This document shows positions 8,096 to 17,768 of a stretch of DNA of 64,000 nt, piece after piece. The stretch is from an uncultured Acidimicrobiaceae bacterium. GTDB taxonomy: Bacteria; Actinomycetota; Acidimicrobiia; Acidimicrobiales; RAAP-2. Location: positions 1,980 to 65,979 of the forward strand of contig CAVSNH010000014.1 of assembly GCA_963729275.1 (NCBI GenBank). The letters run 5' to 3'. The position numbers and the translations under genes are program-made. Position 1 is the stretch's first letter. Each line of letters opens with the position of its first letter. Under the pieces are notes generated by a model, which was not told the DNA's origin, made no database searches, and saw only the letters and a list, made by a program, of their open reading frames with translations.

Positions 8096-9652
8096 ATGGA
8101 GACGACCGAGCGCCGGCGGCCCAACATCCTGCTCGTGGTCTCCGACCAGGAACGTCAGCGATCCTGGCTGCCGGCGGGCGTCTCGCTCCCCTGGCGCGAC
8201 CGGCTTCGGGCCGACGGCATGGAGTTCACCAATTACTTCACCCACTCATCGCCGTGTTCCCCCAGCCGAGCCACCATGTTCACCGGCCGCTACCTGGCCG
8301 GCCACGGGGTGGCCGACAACGTGATCATGCCCGAGCACCACGAGCTGCCCACGACCACCCCGACGCTCGGGTCACTGCTGCAAGATGCCGGTTACCGCTC
8401 CTCCTACATCGGCAAGTGGCACCTCTCCCACTCCCCCACACCCGACATGGAGGCCTACGGCTTCGCCGACTGGGACGGCAACGACCGCCACTTCATGGGC
8501 TGGGCCGGCACCGGCGTCCATTTCGACCCCATCATCGCCACGAACGCCGCCCATTGGATCGAGAAGAACGCGTCGAGCGCCGGAGACCCCACCGGCGGCA
8601 ACCAGGCCGGCAATGAGGCCAGCACCCAGCCCTGGTTCCTCACCGTTGCCCTGGTCAACCCACACGACGTGATGTGGTTCCCGGTCGACCAGCCCGGCTA
8701 CCAGAAGCGCCATCCCGACGATGTGGCCGCCATCCGTCGCGTGCTCGAGGCCGCCGCCTGGAAGGACGACGACCCCCTCCCTACCTTCGACGATCCCTAC
8801 CCCGAGGTGGTCGACCGACTGCCCGCCAACTTCGACGACGACCTCCACACCAAGCCGGAGGCGCACCGGCAGTGGCGGTGGGACCAGCAGCACGGCCTGT
8901 GGGGCTACATCGACCCCGAGGACACCGCCTCCTGGCTCCGCCACCTCGACTACTACGTGCACCTCCAGCGGCTGGCTGACCAGAGCCTGGGCACCGTGCT
9001 CGCCGCCCTCGAGCGCTCCGGTGCCTGGGACGACACCGCCGTCTTCTTCACCTCCGACCATGGCGACATGTGCGGGTCCCACGGTCTGCGCTCGAAAGGA
9101 CCCTTCGTCTACGACGAGATCATGCGAGTGCCGCTCTACGCCAAGGTGCCGGGGATGACGACCGCCACCTCGGTGACCGAGGCGCTGGGCAGCCACGTCG
9201 ACCTGGCCGCCACCATCTGCGCCCTGGCCGGCATCGACCGATCCACCTGGTCGGCCAGCGTGCAGGGAGTCGACCTCGCACCGGTGTTGTCGGATCCGCG
9301 GGCCCGCGTGCGCGACCACATCCTCTTCGCCCAGGACTCGGCTCAGACCGAAGGGCTCAACAAGGTTCGCTACGCCCTGCGGGGCTTCTACGACGGGCGG
9401 ACCAAGTACGCCCGGTACTACGGAGTGGGCGGAGGCAAACCGTCGACCGGGCTCTGGGGAAAGCCGGCCGGCCAGAAGGTGTTCGACGTCGACTGTTCAT
9501 TCGACGACAACGACCACGAGTGGTACGACCACGATCGCGACCCCGAAGAACTGGTCAACCTGGCCAACGACCGTTCGCGTCGTCAGGAGCTGACCGAGCT
9601 GTTTGAGAGTCTGGCGTCCATGGAGCGCGAGTCGTTCGTGACCTTCGCCTGA
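8096..9652 (+). CDS. sulfatase (formylglycine-dependent arylsulfatase family), no signal peptide
   Basis: Start moved to METTERRRPNILLVVSDQ (M58 of the track ORF). The active-site signature is SSPCSPSRATMFTGRY (C-x-P-x-R). About 518 aa. Confidence 0.9.
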   Translation: METTERRRPNILLVVSDQERQRSWLPAGVSLPWRDRLRADGMEFTNYFTHSSPCSPSRATMFTGRYLAGHGVADNVIMPEHHELPTTTPTLGSLLQDAGYRSSYIGKWHLSHSPTPDMEAYGFADWDGNDRHFMGWAGTGVHFDPIIATNAAHWIEKNASSAGDPTGGNQAGNEASTQPWFLTVALVNPHDVMWFPVDQPGYQKRHPDDVAAIRRVLEAAAWKDDDPLPTFDDPYPEVVDRLPANFDDDLHTKPEAHRQWRWDQQHGLWGYIDPEDTASWLRHLDYYVHLQRLADQSLGTVLAALERSGAWDDTAVFFTSDHGDMCGSHGLRSKGPFVYDEIMRVPLYAKVPGMTTATSVTEALGSHVDLAATICALAGIDRSTWSASVQGVDLAPVLSDPRARVRDHILFAQDSAQTEGLNKVRYALRGFYDGRTKYARYYGVGGGKPSTGLWGKPAGQKVFDVDCSFDDNDHEWYDHDRDPEELVNLANDRSRRQELTELFESLASMERESFVTFA

Positions 9653-9804
9653 CCGACGCGCGCCGCGCCGACGCAGACGACGCAGACCGACTGGAGCCAC
9701 TGCTCCCCGGGGGACAGGGGCCTCGAGGCGCCGATACGCTGCGGGACGAGGTCGGCACGGGGGCAGTCGACCCTGGCACAGGAGGTGTCGGTGAGGAGGA
9801 CGCG

Positions 9805-10314
9805 ATGAGCGATCAGCAGGTCAACGCACCCATGGGCCACGGCGTGAACCAACGCCGCCAGATCACCATGACACCCGACGAGGTCGACGCCTTCCTGCAC
9901 GATCGGCGACCGATGACCATGTGCACCCTCAACTACGACGGGACGATCCACGCGGTGGCCATGTGGTACGGGTTCGTCGACGGGTCGATCGCTATCGAGA
10001 CCAAGGCCAAGTCGCAGAAGGCGGTCAACCTGCGCCGCGACCCACGAATGACCTGCATGTTCGAGGACGGCGACTACTACGACGAGCTGCGGGGAGTGGA
10101 GCTCGTCGGCCACGCCGAGATCGTCGAGGAGGCGGACAAGATCTGGGAGCTCGGGGTCAGTGTGTTCGAGCGGTACACCGGGCCCTACAACGAGGACCTG
10201 CGCCCATTCGTGGAGACCATGTTGCACAAGCGGGTGGTGGCCAAATTGACCGTCGACCGCACGGTGTCGTGGGATCACCGCAAGCTCGGGCTGCCCCCGA
10301 CCCGGCCGGCATGA
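9805..10314 (+). CDS. PPOX-class (pyridoxamine 5'-phosphate oxidase-like), probably F420-dependent enzyme
   Basis: 169 aa. TLNYDGTIHAVAMWYGFVDGSIAIETKAKSQKAVNLRRDPR is typical of the split-barrel PPOX class. A GAGGAGGA RBS lies upstream. Confidence 0.75.
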   Translation: MSDQQVNAPMGHGVNQRRQITMTPDEVDAFLHDRRPMTMCTLNYDGTIHAVAMWYGFVDGSIAIETKAKSQKAVNLRRDPRMTCMFEDGDYYDELRGVELVGHAEIVEEADKIWELGVSVFERYTGPYNEDLRPFVETMLHKRVVAKLTVDRTVSWDHRKLGLPPTRPA

Positions 10315-10357
10315 ACGTGACTGACGACACGGTCCCGGTGCGTCGCCGGCGACAGCC

Positions 10358-11146
10358 GTGATCCTCGACCGGTTCCGGGTCACGGACCAGGTGGCGGTGG
10401 TCACCGGCGCCGGTCGGGGCATCGGCGCCGCCGCCGCCGTAGCCCTCGCCGAGGCCGGGGCGGACGTGGTCATCGCCGCCCGGACGGCCGAGCAGCTCGA
10501 ATCGACCGCTGAGCGGGTGAAGGAAGCTGGCCGGCGAGCGCATGCCGTCGTGTCCGACTTGAGCGATCTCGATACCACCGCCTTGTTGGCCGGCGCGGCC
10601 ATCGAGGCGTTCGGACGTCTCGACATCGTGGTCAACAACGTGGGCGGGGCCATGCCGCGACCATTCCTCGACACGTCGCCAGGGCGGCTCCAGCAGGCCT
10701 TCCAGTTCAACGTGGCCACCGCACACGCCCTCCTGCGGGCGGCCGTCCCGCTCATGCTCGAAGGTGGCGGAGGATCGGTGGTCAACATCTCGTCGGCCAT
10801 CGGTCGAGTGCGGGGACGCGGCTATCTGGCCTACGGAACGGCCAAGGCCGCCCTCAGCCACTACACCCGGCTGGCGGCCGCCGACCTCGCCCCCCGGATC
10901 CGGGTCAACGCCATCGCCGTGGGTTCGGTGGCCACCTCCGCCCTCGAAGTCGTCATGCAATCGGACGAGCTGCGCACTGCCATCGAGACGGCCACTCCGC
11001 TCGCTCGGCTGGGCGAGCCGGAGGACATCGCCGCCGCCGTCGTCTATCTGTCGTCGCCGGCCGGATCGTTCGTGACCGGCAAGGTCCTCGAGGTCGACGG
11101 GGGCATCGAGGAGGCCAACATGGACCTCGGTCTCCCCGACCTGTGA
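10358..11146 (+). CDS. short-chain dehydrogenase/reductase (SDR)
   Basis: 262 aa with a GTG start. Motifs are [12 protein letters not shown] and the catalytic YGTAKAAL. Confidence 0.9.
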   Translation: MILDRFRVTDQVAVVTGAGRGIGAAAAVALAEAGADVVIAARTAEQLESTAERVKEAGRRAHAVVSDLSDLDTTALLAGAAIEAFGRLDIVVNNVGGAMPRPFLDTSPGRLQQAFQFNVATAHALLRAAVPLMLEGGGGSVVNISSAIGRVRGRGYLAYGTAKAALSHYTRLAAADLAPRIRVNAIAVGSVATSALEVVMQSDELRTAIETATPLARLGEPEDIAAAVVYLSSPAGSFVTGKVLEVDGGIEEANMDLGLPDL

Positions 11147-11177
11147 ACGTCGACCGCCGCCCACACCGGAGGCGGAG

Positions 11178-12251
11178 GTGAGCCGCATCTATCGGGTCGT
11201 CGCCTGGAGCACGGGCAACGTCGGGGTCCACGTCATCGCCGGCATTGACGCCCGCCCCGATCTCGAGCTGGTGGGCCTGTGGGTCTCCAACCCGGCAAAG
11301 GTCGGCCGCGATGCCGGCGAGCTGGCCGGCATCGGGCGCAGGCTCGGGATCACAGCCACCAGCGACGCCGGCGAGCTCTTCGCCCTCCGCCCCGACGCCA
11401 TCGTGCACACGGCCATGGCCGACCATCGTCTCGGCGAGGCGCTGTCCGACCTCGGTGGCATGCTGCGGGCCGGCATCAACGTCCTCTCCAGCGGGCCGGT
11501 TTTCCTCCAGTACCCGACGGGAGTGGTGGACGATGCGCTGATCGAGCCCCTGCATCAGGCGGCCGCCGACGGCGGTGTCTCGCTGCTCGTAAACGGCATC
11601 GACCCCGGCTTCGCCAACGACGTCCTGCCCCTCGTCCTCACCGGCGTCAGTGAGCGGATCGAGGAGGTCCGCTGCGCCGAGATCCTCAACTACAACACCT
11701 ACAACCAGCCGATGGTCCTCTTCGACATCATGGGTTTCGGCCGGCCGGTGGACGAGGTCCCCATGATCCTTCAGCCCGGCGTCCTCACCATGGCTTGGGG
11801 CAGCGTGGTCCGCCAGCTCGCCGCCGGACTCGAGGTGGAGCTCGACTCGATCGAGGAGTGGTACGAGCGCCAGCCTGCCGAAGAGACCTTTGCCGTCGAC
11901 GCCGGCACCATCGAGGCGGGCACCGCCGCCGCTCTCCACTTCGAGGTCCGCGGCATCCACCGCGGCCGGCCGGTGATCGTACTCGAGCACGTCACCCGCC
12001 TCCGCGACGACCTCGCCCCCGAGTGGCCGCAACCGGCCGGTCACGGTTGCTACCGCGTCACGGTCACCGGCGAGCCCAACTACACCTTGGACCTCCAGCT
12101 GCTCGGCAGTGACGGTGACCACAACACCGCCGGGCTCAAGGCCACGGCCATGCGTCTGGTCAACGCCGTGCCGGCGGTCGTGGAGGCCCGGCCGGGCCTC
12201 CTGACCGCGCTCGATCTCCCTCCCACCTTTGGGCGTGGACTGGTGATCTGA
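11178..12251 (+). CDS. NAD(P)-binding DapB-N-like / amine-dehydrogenase-family protein
   Basis: 357 aa. The N-terminus YRVVAWSTGNVGVHVIAGIDARPDLELVGLWVSNPAKVGRDAGELAG matches the actinobacterial DapB-like dehydrogenase family as I recall it. Confidence 0.6.
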   Translation: MSRIYRVVAWSTGNVGVHVIAGIDARPDLELVGLWVSNPAKVGRDAGELAGIGRRLGITATSDAGELFALRPDAIVHTAMADHRLGEALSDLGGMLRAGINVLSSGPVFLQYPTGVVDDALIEPLHQAAADGGVSLLVNGIDPGFANDVLPLVLTGVSERIEEVRCAEILNYNTYNQPMVLFDIMGFGRPVDEVPMILQPGVLTMAWGSVVRQLAAGLEVELDSIEEWYERQPAEETFAVDAGTIEAGTAAALHFEVRGIHRGRPVIVLEHVTRLRDDLAPEWPQPAGHGCYRVTVTGEPNYTLDLQLLGSDGDHNTAGLKATAMRLVNAVPAVVEARPGLLTALDLPPTFGRGLVI

Positions 12252-12346
12252 ACCCGGGGGGGGCGGCCAGCGAACCGGATTCAGCCGGCGAACTTGTAGG
12301 GTCCGATGCTGATGGCCGACACCCGCAACACAGAGGTTCCGCGCCC

Positions 12347-14275
12347 ATGAGCATGGGTGGATTCCACGGGGGTGGCGGCGGCGGGGGCATGGGCGGCTAC
12401 GGCGGGATCATGCGCTCCATGCGCCGGGACGACTCGGTGACCGAGCAGCACGTCACCAAAGGCACGACCCGCCGGATGTTCCAATTCGCCCGGCCCTACC
12501 GTCGGATCCTGACGCTGTTCCTCGTCGTCGTGGTCGTCGAAGCAGTGGTGGGCATCATCAACCCGCTGCTGTTCCGGCAAATCATCGACAAGGGGATCTA
12601 CGGCCACGACAAGAGCCTCATCGTCGACCTGGCCCTGGTGGCCGCAGGCGTGGCCCTGGTCGACACCGGCCTCACCATCGTCATCCGCTGGGTGTCGGCG
12701 AAAGTGGGTGAGGGCCTGATCTACGACATGCGCTCCCAGGTGTTCGCCCACGTCCAGCGCATGCCCATCGCCTTCTTCACCCGCACGCAGACCGGGGCCC
12801 TCGTCAGCCGGCTCAACAACGACGTCATCGGCGCCCAGCAAGCCTTCACCGACACATTGTCCTCGATTGTGTCCAACCTCATCAGCGTGGCCCTGGTGCT
12901 GGTGGTGATGTTCTTCCTGTCCTGGAAGATCACCATCATCAGCCTCATCATCCTGCCCATCTTCGTGGTGCCGGCCAAGCGGGTCGGGCGTCGGCTGTCG
13001 GTCATCACCCGCGAGTCCTACAACCTCAACGCGCAGATGAACAACACGATGAACGAGCGCTTCAACGTGGCCGGCGCCATGCTGGTGAAGCTCTTCGGCC
13101 GCCCCCAACAGGAGCGGTCCGAGTTCGACTCGAAGGCAGCTCGGGTCCGCGACATCGGGGTGACCCAGGCCATGTACGCGCGATTCTTCATCGCCGCTCT
13201 CACCTTGACCGCGGCCTTGGCCACTGCCGTGGTCTACGGGTGGGGAGGCGTCCAGGCGGTCGATGGCGCCCTCTCGGTCGGGACAGTGGTGGCCCTCGCC
13301 TCCTACCTCACCCGGCTCTACGCCCCGCTGACCCAGCTGTCCAATGTGCAGATCGACGTGATGACCGCGCTCGTCTCCTTCGACCGGGTCTTCGAGGTGC
13401 TCGACCTCCCACCGATGATCGCCGAGAAACCGGATGCCCGGCCGGTGCCGTCGGGGCCGGCCCGCATCGAGTTCGACCACGTGGACTTTCGCTACCCGAC
13501 AGCCGAGGAGGTCTCGCTGGCCTCGCTCGAGTCGGTGGCTGTCCTCGACACCACGGTCTCCGACCAGGTGCTCTTCGATGTGTCCTTCGAGGCCGAGCCC
13601 GGGCAGCTGGTGGCCCTGGTCGGCCCGTCGGGGGCGGGGAAGACGACGATCAGCCACCTGGTGCCCCGTCTCTACGACGTGACCGCCGGTGCGGTGCGCA
13701 TCAACGGGCTCGACGTCCGGGACGCCACCTTTGTCTCGCTGTCGGCCACCATCGGCATGGTCACCCAGGACGCACACCTGTTCCACGACTCCATCCGGGC
13801 GAACCTGCTCTTCGCCAAGCCCGACGCCACCGAGGCCGAGCTCGAGGCGGCGCTGGCCGGTGCCCAGATCGCCACCATGGTGTCCACCCTGCCCGACGGC
13901 TTGGACACGGTGGTCGGCGACCGCGGCTACCGCCTCTCGGGCGGGGAGAAGCAGCGTCTGGCCCTCGCCCGCATCCTGCTCAAGGCACCGGAGGTCGTGA
14001 TCCTCGACGAGGCCACTGCCCACCTCGACTCCGAATCGGAGGCCGCCGTGCAGCAGGCGCTGGCCACGGCGCTGACCGGTCGCACCTCGCTCGTGATCGC
14101 CCACCGTCTCTCGACGGTCCGAGACGCCGACGTCATCCTGGTCATCGACGGCGGGCGCATCGTGGAGCGGGGCAAGCACGAGGAACTGCTGGCGGCCGGC
14201 GGGCACTACGCCGAGCTCTATCGCATCCAGTTCGAGGGCCAAGAGGACTCCCCGGCGCACACCGACGTGGCCTGA
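12347..14275 (+). CDS. ABC exporter, fused TMD-NBD (MsbA/MdlB type)
   Basis: 642 aa with about six TM helices. Walker A is GPSGAGKTT, signature LSGGEKQR, Walker B VVILDEATAHLD. The N-terminus is Gly-rich (MSMGGFHGGGGGGGMGGYGG). Confidence 0.9.
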   Translation: MSMGGFHGGGGGGGMGGYGGIMRSMRRDDSVTEQHVTKGTTRRMFQFARPYRRILTLFLVVVVVEAVVGIINPLLFRQIIDKGIYGHDKSLIVDLALVAAGVALVDTGLTIVIRWVSAKVGEGLIYDMRSQVFAHVQRMPIAFFTRTQTGALVSRLNNDVIGAQQAFTDTLSSIVSNLISVALVLVVMFFLSWKITIISLIILPIFVVPAKRVGRRLSVITRESYNLNAQMNNTMNERFNVAGAMLVKLFGRPQQERSEFDSKAARVRDIGVTQAMYARFFIAALTLTAALATAVVYGWGGVQAVDGALSVGTVVALASYLTRLYAPLTQLSNVQIDVMTALVSFDRVFEVLDLPPMIAEKPDARPVPSGPARIEFDHVDFRYPTAEEVSLASLESVAVLDTTVSDQVLFDVSFEAEPGQLVALVGPSGAGKTTISHLVPRLYDVTAGAVRINGLDVRDATFVSLSATIGMVTQDAHLFHDSIRANLLFAKPDATEAELEAALAGAQIATMVSTLPDGLDTVVGDRGYRLSGGEKQRLALARILLKAPEVVILDEATAHLDSESEAAVQQALATALTGRTSLVIAHRLSTVRDADVILVIDGGRIVERGKHEELLAAGGHYAELYRIQFEGQEDSPAHTDVA

Positions 14276-14622
14276 GCAAAGCCAGGCTGGCGGCCTCTGC
14301 GGTCACCCCACCCCAGCACGTCGAGCGGCGTCGAACACACCCCGACAACGCGTTACAACTTGTAGTTGCGCACGTCCGCAGGCGACAGGCGATTGATCGC
14401 GACGGGGCCGAACGGGCGGGACTCACTCCAGGCGACAACGCCATTCCGACCGCCGGGTCGACCGGTGACCGCAGAGCGGAGGTGCGGACCGATCACCGGC
14501 CGAGGCGTTGCCGGTACGGCAGATTGGTAAAGGGTTAGGGCACTGCATCACTTGACGCACTCAGCCGGATTGCGGGCCGTGGAGAACTGGGCTTGATGGT
14601 CCGCCAACGCCTCACACGCTTG

Positions 14623-14913
14623 TCAGAAAAGGTGGAAGGCGGTGTGCCCCGCGGCTCGCTCCAGGGCCGCCTGGGCCTGGGCCAGATGCGCCTCGTCTGA
14701 GCGGGTCTTGGCCTTCAGAGCAGGGTTCAGGGCACATCTACTGGTAGCAAGGCACTCTTTCGCCTCAGCCTTTGTGTCCGCTCTGACCGCAGATGCCCAA
14801 GTAGCCACGTTTTGCTGGGCGGCGAAGATGCTGATGGTGGATTGGGGTGGGGATGAGCACCCCGCCCCCAGCACCGCCAGGGCCAGCACCAGGCCCATGA
14901 GGCTCCGCCGCAT
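14623..14913 (-). CDS. small putative lipoprotein
   Basis: 96 aa with the signal peptide MRRSLMGLVLALAVLGAGCSS, which ends in a non-canonical lipobox-like motif. Confidence 0.5.
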   Translation of the reverse strand: MRRSLMGLVLALAVLGAGCSSPPQSTISIFAAQQNVATWASAVRADTKAEAKECLATSRCALNPALKAKTRSDEAHLAQAQAALERAAGHTAFHLF

Positions 14914-15076
14914 GTGTCTGACCCTAGGCCCTGACCAGGGGGTTTCCCCGGGTTTGCCGCAACCCCGGGTTGCAGCCTTACCGTCCCCCGAATAAGGCCC
15001 GTCGAGCTCCTGGTTCCCGCTACGGCTCCTGCCAGCTCCGGGCCTTGTTCGCGCCCTGCCCCAGAGTTAGAACCTG

Positions 15077-15105
15077 TTGCAGCCTGTTCGCTCCCGGTGT
15101 ATAAG
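15077..15105 (+). promoter_or_regulatory. candidate sigma-70-type promoter (TTGCAG-N17-TATAAG)
   Basis: The -35 is at 15077-15082 and the -10 at 15100-15105, inside an AT-rich patch bracketed by the inverted repeat CGCTCCC...GGGAGCG. It lies about 215 nt upstream of the first secreted paralog. Confidence 0.3.
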
Positions 15106-15319
15106 TAGGGACTGACTGATATCCACGGGGAGCGAATACGGCGGAAGTCCATCAGAGGCAGGTCATCAGCCACCAGCATCCTCGGACCGTCCACGGCGAG
15201 CCGGCGGAGCTCGGCCGCTGGCTCGCCTGGATCAGGGCAGCGGCCGACTCGTCCGCCCCTGTTCCGACCTTGTGGACGCCGACCGACATCGGTCCGTTCC
15301 CCCCTACGAGGAGGAACAC

Positions 15320-15943
15320 ATGCACTATCGGAAACTGCTCGTGGTGACGGCGGTCGTCATGCCCAGCCTCGGCATCCTGGCGGCGGCCGGACCGGCATCG
15401 GCGGCTGGCACGCCCAAGGGAACGGGCACCCTCACCTGCGTCCTGGGTGGCGACGCCACCTTCAACCCGCCGTTGACATTCGGCGGAACGTCGGGATTCA
15501 GACGCGAGATCGTTCAGTTCAATCTCCAACTGAGCGACTGCAACGGCCCCGGCACCGACACGCCGCAGCCCGATCCGACCTCGGCCACCGTCACCACCAA
15601 GCCGCTCAAGGTCAAGGACATCAAGATGGGCAAGACCAAGGTGGCCGGCGCCTGTGGCAACGACGACTTCAACCCGACCCTCCTGCTGAAGAGCACCGAG
15701 ACGTGGGCAGGTACGACGGTCAAGGACACGAAGACCGTGATCGGCCCGGTCAACGGCAACAGCGGTTCGGGCACGTCCAAGGGGTCCTACGCCGGTGCGG
15801 CCTCGATAACCCTGTACGCCACCACGGCGTCGGGTGAGCAGTTCCAGTCGGTGTGCGGCCCCGGTGGAACCGGCTCCATCTCCGAGCTGGACCTCGACGA
15901 CACCATGAGCTACTTGACCGTCGGAGGATCGACGACCTCGTAG
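15320..15943 (+). CDS. secreted protein of unknown function, paralog 1
   Basis: Start at MHYRKLLVV, with a GAGGAGGA RBS 6 nt upstream. The signal peptide ends in ASAAG. Four conserved Cys are shared with paralog 2, plus the motif KDIKMGKTKVAGACGN. Confidence 0.7.
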   Translation: MHYRKLLVVTAVVMPSLGILAAAGPASAAGTPKGTGTLTCVLGGDATFNPPLTFGGTSGFRREIVQFNLQLSDCNGPGTDTPQPDPTSATVTTKPLKVKDIKMGKTKVAGACGNDDFNPTLLLKSTETWAGTTVKDTKTVIGPVNGNSGSGTSKGSYAGAASITLYATTASGEQFQSVCGPGGTGSISELDLDDTMSYLTVGGSTTS

Positions 15944-16040
15944 GCGACGTCGTCGACGAACACGAACAGTGGCCGGCTCGTTCGCCTCGTCCAGGCCTTC
16001 TGGACCACGACCGCGTCCGCTCTTACAGGAGGGATACGAC

Positions 16041-16706
16041 ATGCACTATCGGAAATGGCTGTTGGCGGCCGCGGTCGTCTTGCCCGGTGCCGGCGTCTTC
16101 GCCGCCGGCGGTCCGGCATCGGCGGCGAGCCGACCTATCGGGATCGGCACCATCAACTGCGGAGTGGGCGGGGACATCACGTTCACCCCACCACTGACCC
16201 AGGACGGGACGCCGGGCGACAAGAACGAGGTCGTCCAGTTCAACCTCGAGCCCACCAACTGCACCGGACCTGGAACCAATACGCCACAACCCACCCCGAC
16301 TTCGGCCACCGCCACCACCAAGCCGATCGAGGTCAAGGACATCAAGATGGGGAAGACAAGGGTGGCCGGTGCCTGTGGCAACAGCGCCTTCAACCCGACC
16401 ATCGTGCTCAAGAGCACGCTGGCGTGGGTGGGCACCACCGTCAAGGACACGAAGACCCGCATCGGTCCGATGACCGGCACGAGCTCGGCCACAGAGCCCG
16501 GCCTGATGGGATCCGGGACCTCAAAGAGGTCCTACGCCGGACACGCAGCCTCGGCCGCGTTGTACATCGACATGCCGTCGGCCCAACAGATCCAATCGGT
16601 ATGCGGCACCGGCGGCACCGGCTCTCTCTCCGAGCTGAGCCTCGACAGCACGACGAGCACGCTGACCATCGTCGGCGCCCTCCAACACGCGGGCGGCACC
16701 TCGTAG
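16041..16706 (+). CDS. secreted protein of unknown function, paralog 2
   Basis: Start at MHYRKWLLA, with an AGGAGGG RBS. The signal peptide and conserved Cys positions match paralog 1, and the motif is KDIKMGKTRVAGACGN. Roughly half the residues are identical to paralog 1 by eye. Confidence 0.7.
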   Translation: MHYRKWLLAAAVVLPGAGVFAAGGPASAASRPIGIGTINCGVGGDITFTPPLTQDGTPGDKNEVVQFNLEPTNCTGPGTNTPQPTPTSATATTKPIEVKDIKMGKTRVAGACGNSAFNPTIVLKSTLAWVGTTVKDTKTRIGPMTGTSSATEPGLMGSGTSKRSYAGHAASAALYIDMPSAQQIQSVCGTGGTGSLSELSLDSTTSTLTIVGALQHAGGTS

Positions 16707-16717
16707 GGGACGGCACC

Positions 16718-16736
16718 GCCGACGAATGACGTCGGC
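16718..16736 (+). terminator. short hairpin after the tandem paralogs (GCCGACG-AATGA-CGTCGGC)
   Basis: 7-bp perfect stem 12 nt after the stop at 16706. There is no U-tract, which is common in high-GC actinobacteria. Confidence 0.3.
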
Positions 16737-16925
16737 CCCGCTCGATCTGGGTGCGGGGGTGGAGCCTGTGTTGCCGCCCCTGCCACATCCCGCCCCCGCA
16801 CCCGCCGCATCCCGTCGTCGCCCCTACCCGGAAACGGGCAGATGGGAGAAAGGCGATAGCGTGGCACCCGACTCGCGTGGCGCTCGCTCCGACTTCACCG
16901 AGCGCGCGGGACGGGGAGGAGAGCG

Positions 16926-17534
16926 ATGGCGGAGGCCACCACCGATCGGCGGCGCACCGGCACACGGGATCGACTGCTCGAGGCCGCCCTCGGCATCTTC
17001 GCCAAGCAGGGCTACGCCGGAACGACCGTTTCCGAGCTCGAGCGAGCCGTCGGCCTGACCCCTGGCTCCGGCGCCCTCTACCGGCACTTCGACTCGAAAG
17101 AAGCGCTCCTTCTGGCCGCCGTGCGCGCCTATCACACCCGGATGAAGGACCTGTGCGACGGAGTGCGGGCTCAGGGTGCGGCGAAGGACGCGCACACCGA
17201 GCTCACCCGGGTCCTCGACGCGCTGGGCATGTTCCTGAGCGAGGAACGGCCCATGGTCGAGGTGGCCGGGGCAAGCGACCTCCCGGCCGCCGTGCGCGCC
17301 GCCATCGGCGAGACGTGGGACGAGGGCTACCGGCTGGTGGCCGACGCCTTCGAACGCTACGGCTTCGGCCACGACGAGGCTCAGGCGGCCGCCGTGACCT
17401 GCCTCGGCTCGCTTGCCCACTACGTGCTCCAGGAAATGGCAGTGGGCACGCCACCGAACGGGGTGGACGGTTACGAGTTCGTCATCTACTGGCTCGACCA
17501 CTGGACGAAGGCCCTGGAGCGGGGGCCGAACTAG
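16926..17534 (+). CDS. TetR-family transcriptional regulator
   Basis: 202 aa. The N-terminal HTH is RDRLLEAALGIFAKQGYAGTTVSELERAVGLTPGSGALYRHFDSKEALL. Confidence 0.85.
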   Translation: MAEATTDRRRTGTRDRLLEAALGIFAKQGYAGTTVSELERAVGLTPGSGALYRHFDSKEALLLAAVRAYHTRMKDLCDGVRAQGAAKDAHTELTRVLDALGMFLSEERPMVEVAGASDLPAAVRAAIGETWDEGYRLVADAFERYGFGHDEAQAAAVTCLGSLAHYVLQEMAVGTPPNGVDGYEFVIYWLDHWTKALERGPN

Positions 17535-17579
17535 TCCTCCGCCCGAGCAGGAAGTAGGCGGCCGCCCAACAGGGTGGGC

Positions 17580-17768
17580 TCAGGCCCCCTCCCCCACACA
17601 CAACGAGGGCTCTCCCTTGTCATGGGTGTCCCCGGGGTCGGCCGTCGCCGTCGCTGTCCAAGCCTCGGAACGGGCGCGCGCCTCGGCGGCAACCAGATCG
17701 GTGGCCGTGGGCGCAGGCGAGCTGCCGCAGATCGGGTCAGGGCTGTAGAAGAGTTCCGGCTGGCTCAT
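17580..17768 (-). CDS. small acidic hypothetical protein (62 aa, two Cys)
   Basis: The ATG (M3 of the track ORF) has an AAAGGAG RBS ending 6 nt upstream. The product is MSQPELFYSPDPICGSS...EPSLCVGEGA. No family was recognised. Confidence 0.4.
   Translation of the reverse strand: MSQPELFYSPDPICGSSPAPTATDLVAAEARARSEAWTATATADPGDTHDKGEPSLCVGEGA

Noticed and set aside
12281-14260. 659-aa minus-strand ORF antisense to the ABC exporter. Similar long antisense ORFs occur at 8372-9319, 9583-10800, 21542-22696, 26354-27904, 10953-12122 and 18420-19508.
   Set aside because: They have Arg/Gly/Pro/Asp-rich low-complexity translations and no motifs. They fully overlap genes that have clear family signatures. 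This is the typical open antisense frame of high-GC DNA.
14330-14470. 45-codon minus-strand ORF ending …GVVAWSESRPFGPVAINRLSPADVRNYKL-stop, downstream of the ABC exporter.
   Set aside because: It looks protein-like but is short, has only a GTG start without an RBS, and has no recognisable family. It may be a gene-end remnant, and the support is insufficient to list it as a feature.
15106-15319. Riboswitch (e.g. the ydaO/c-di-AMP type, which precedes secreted cell-wall proteins in actinobacteria) in the long leader of the first secreted paralog.
   Set aside because: Only a short ACGGGGAGCGAA-like stretch is reminiscent. The conserved pseudo-two-fold core elements I remember for that class are absent. 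A covariance-model scan would be needed before any call.
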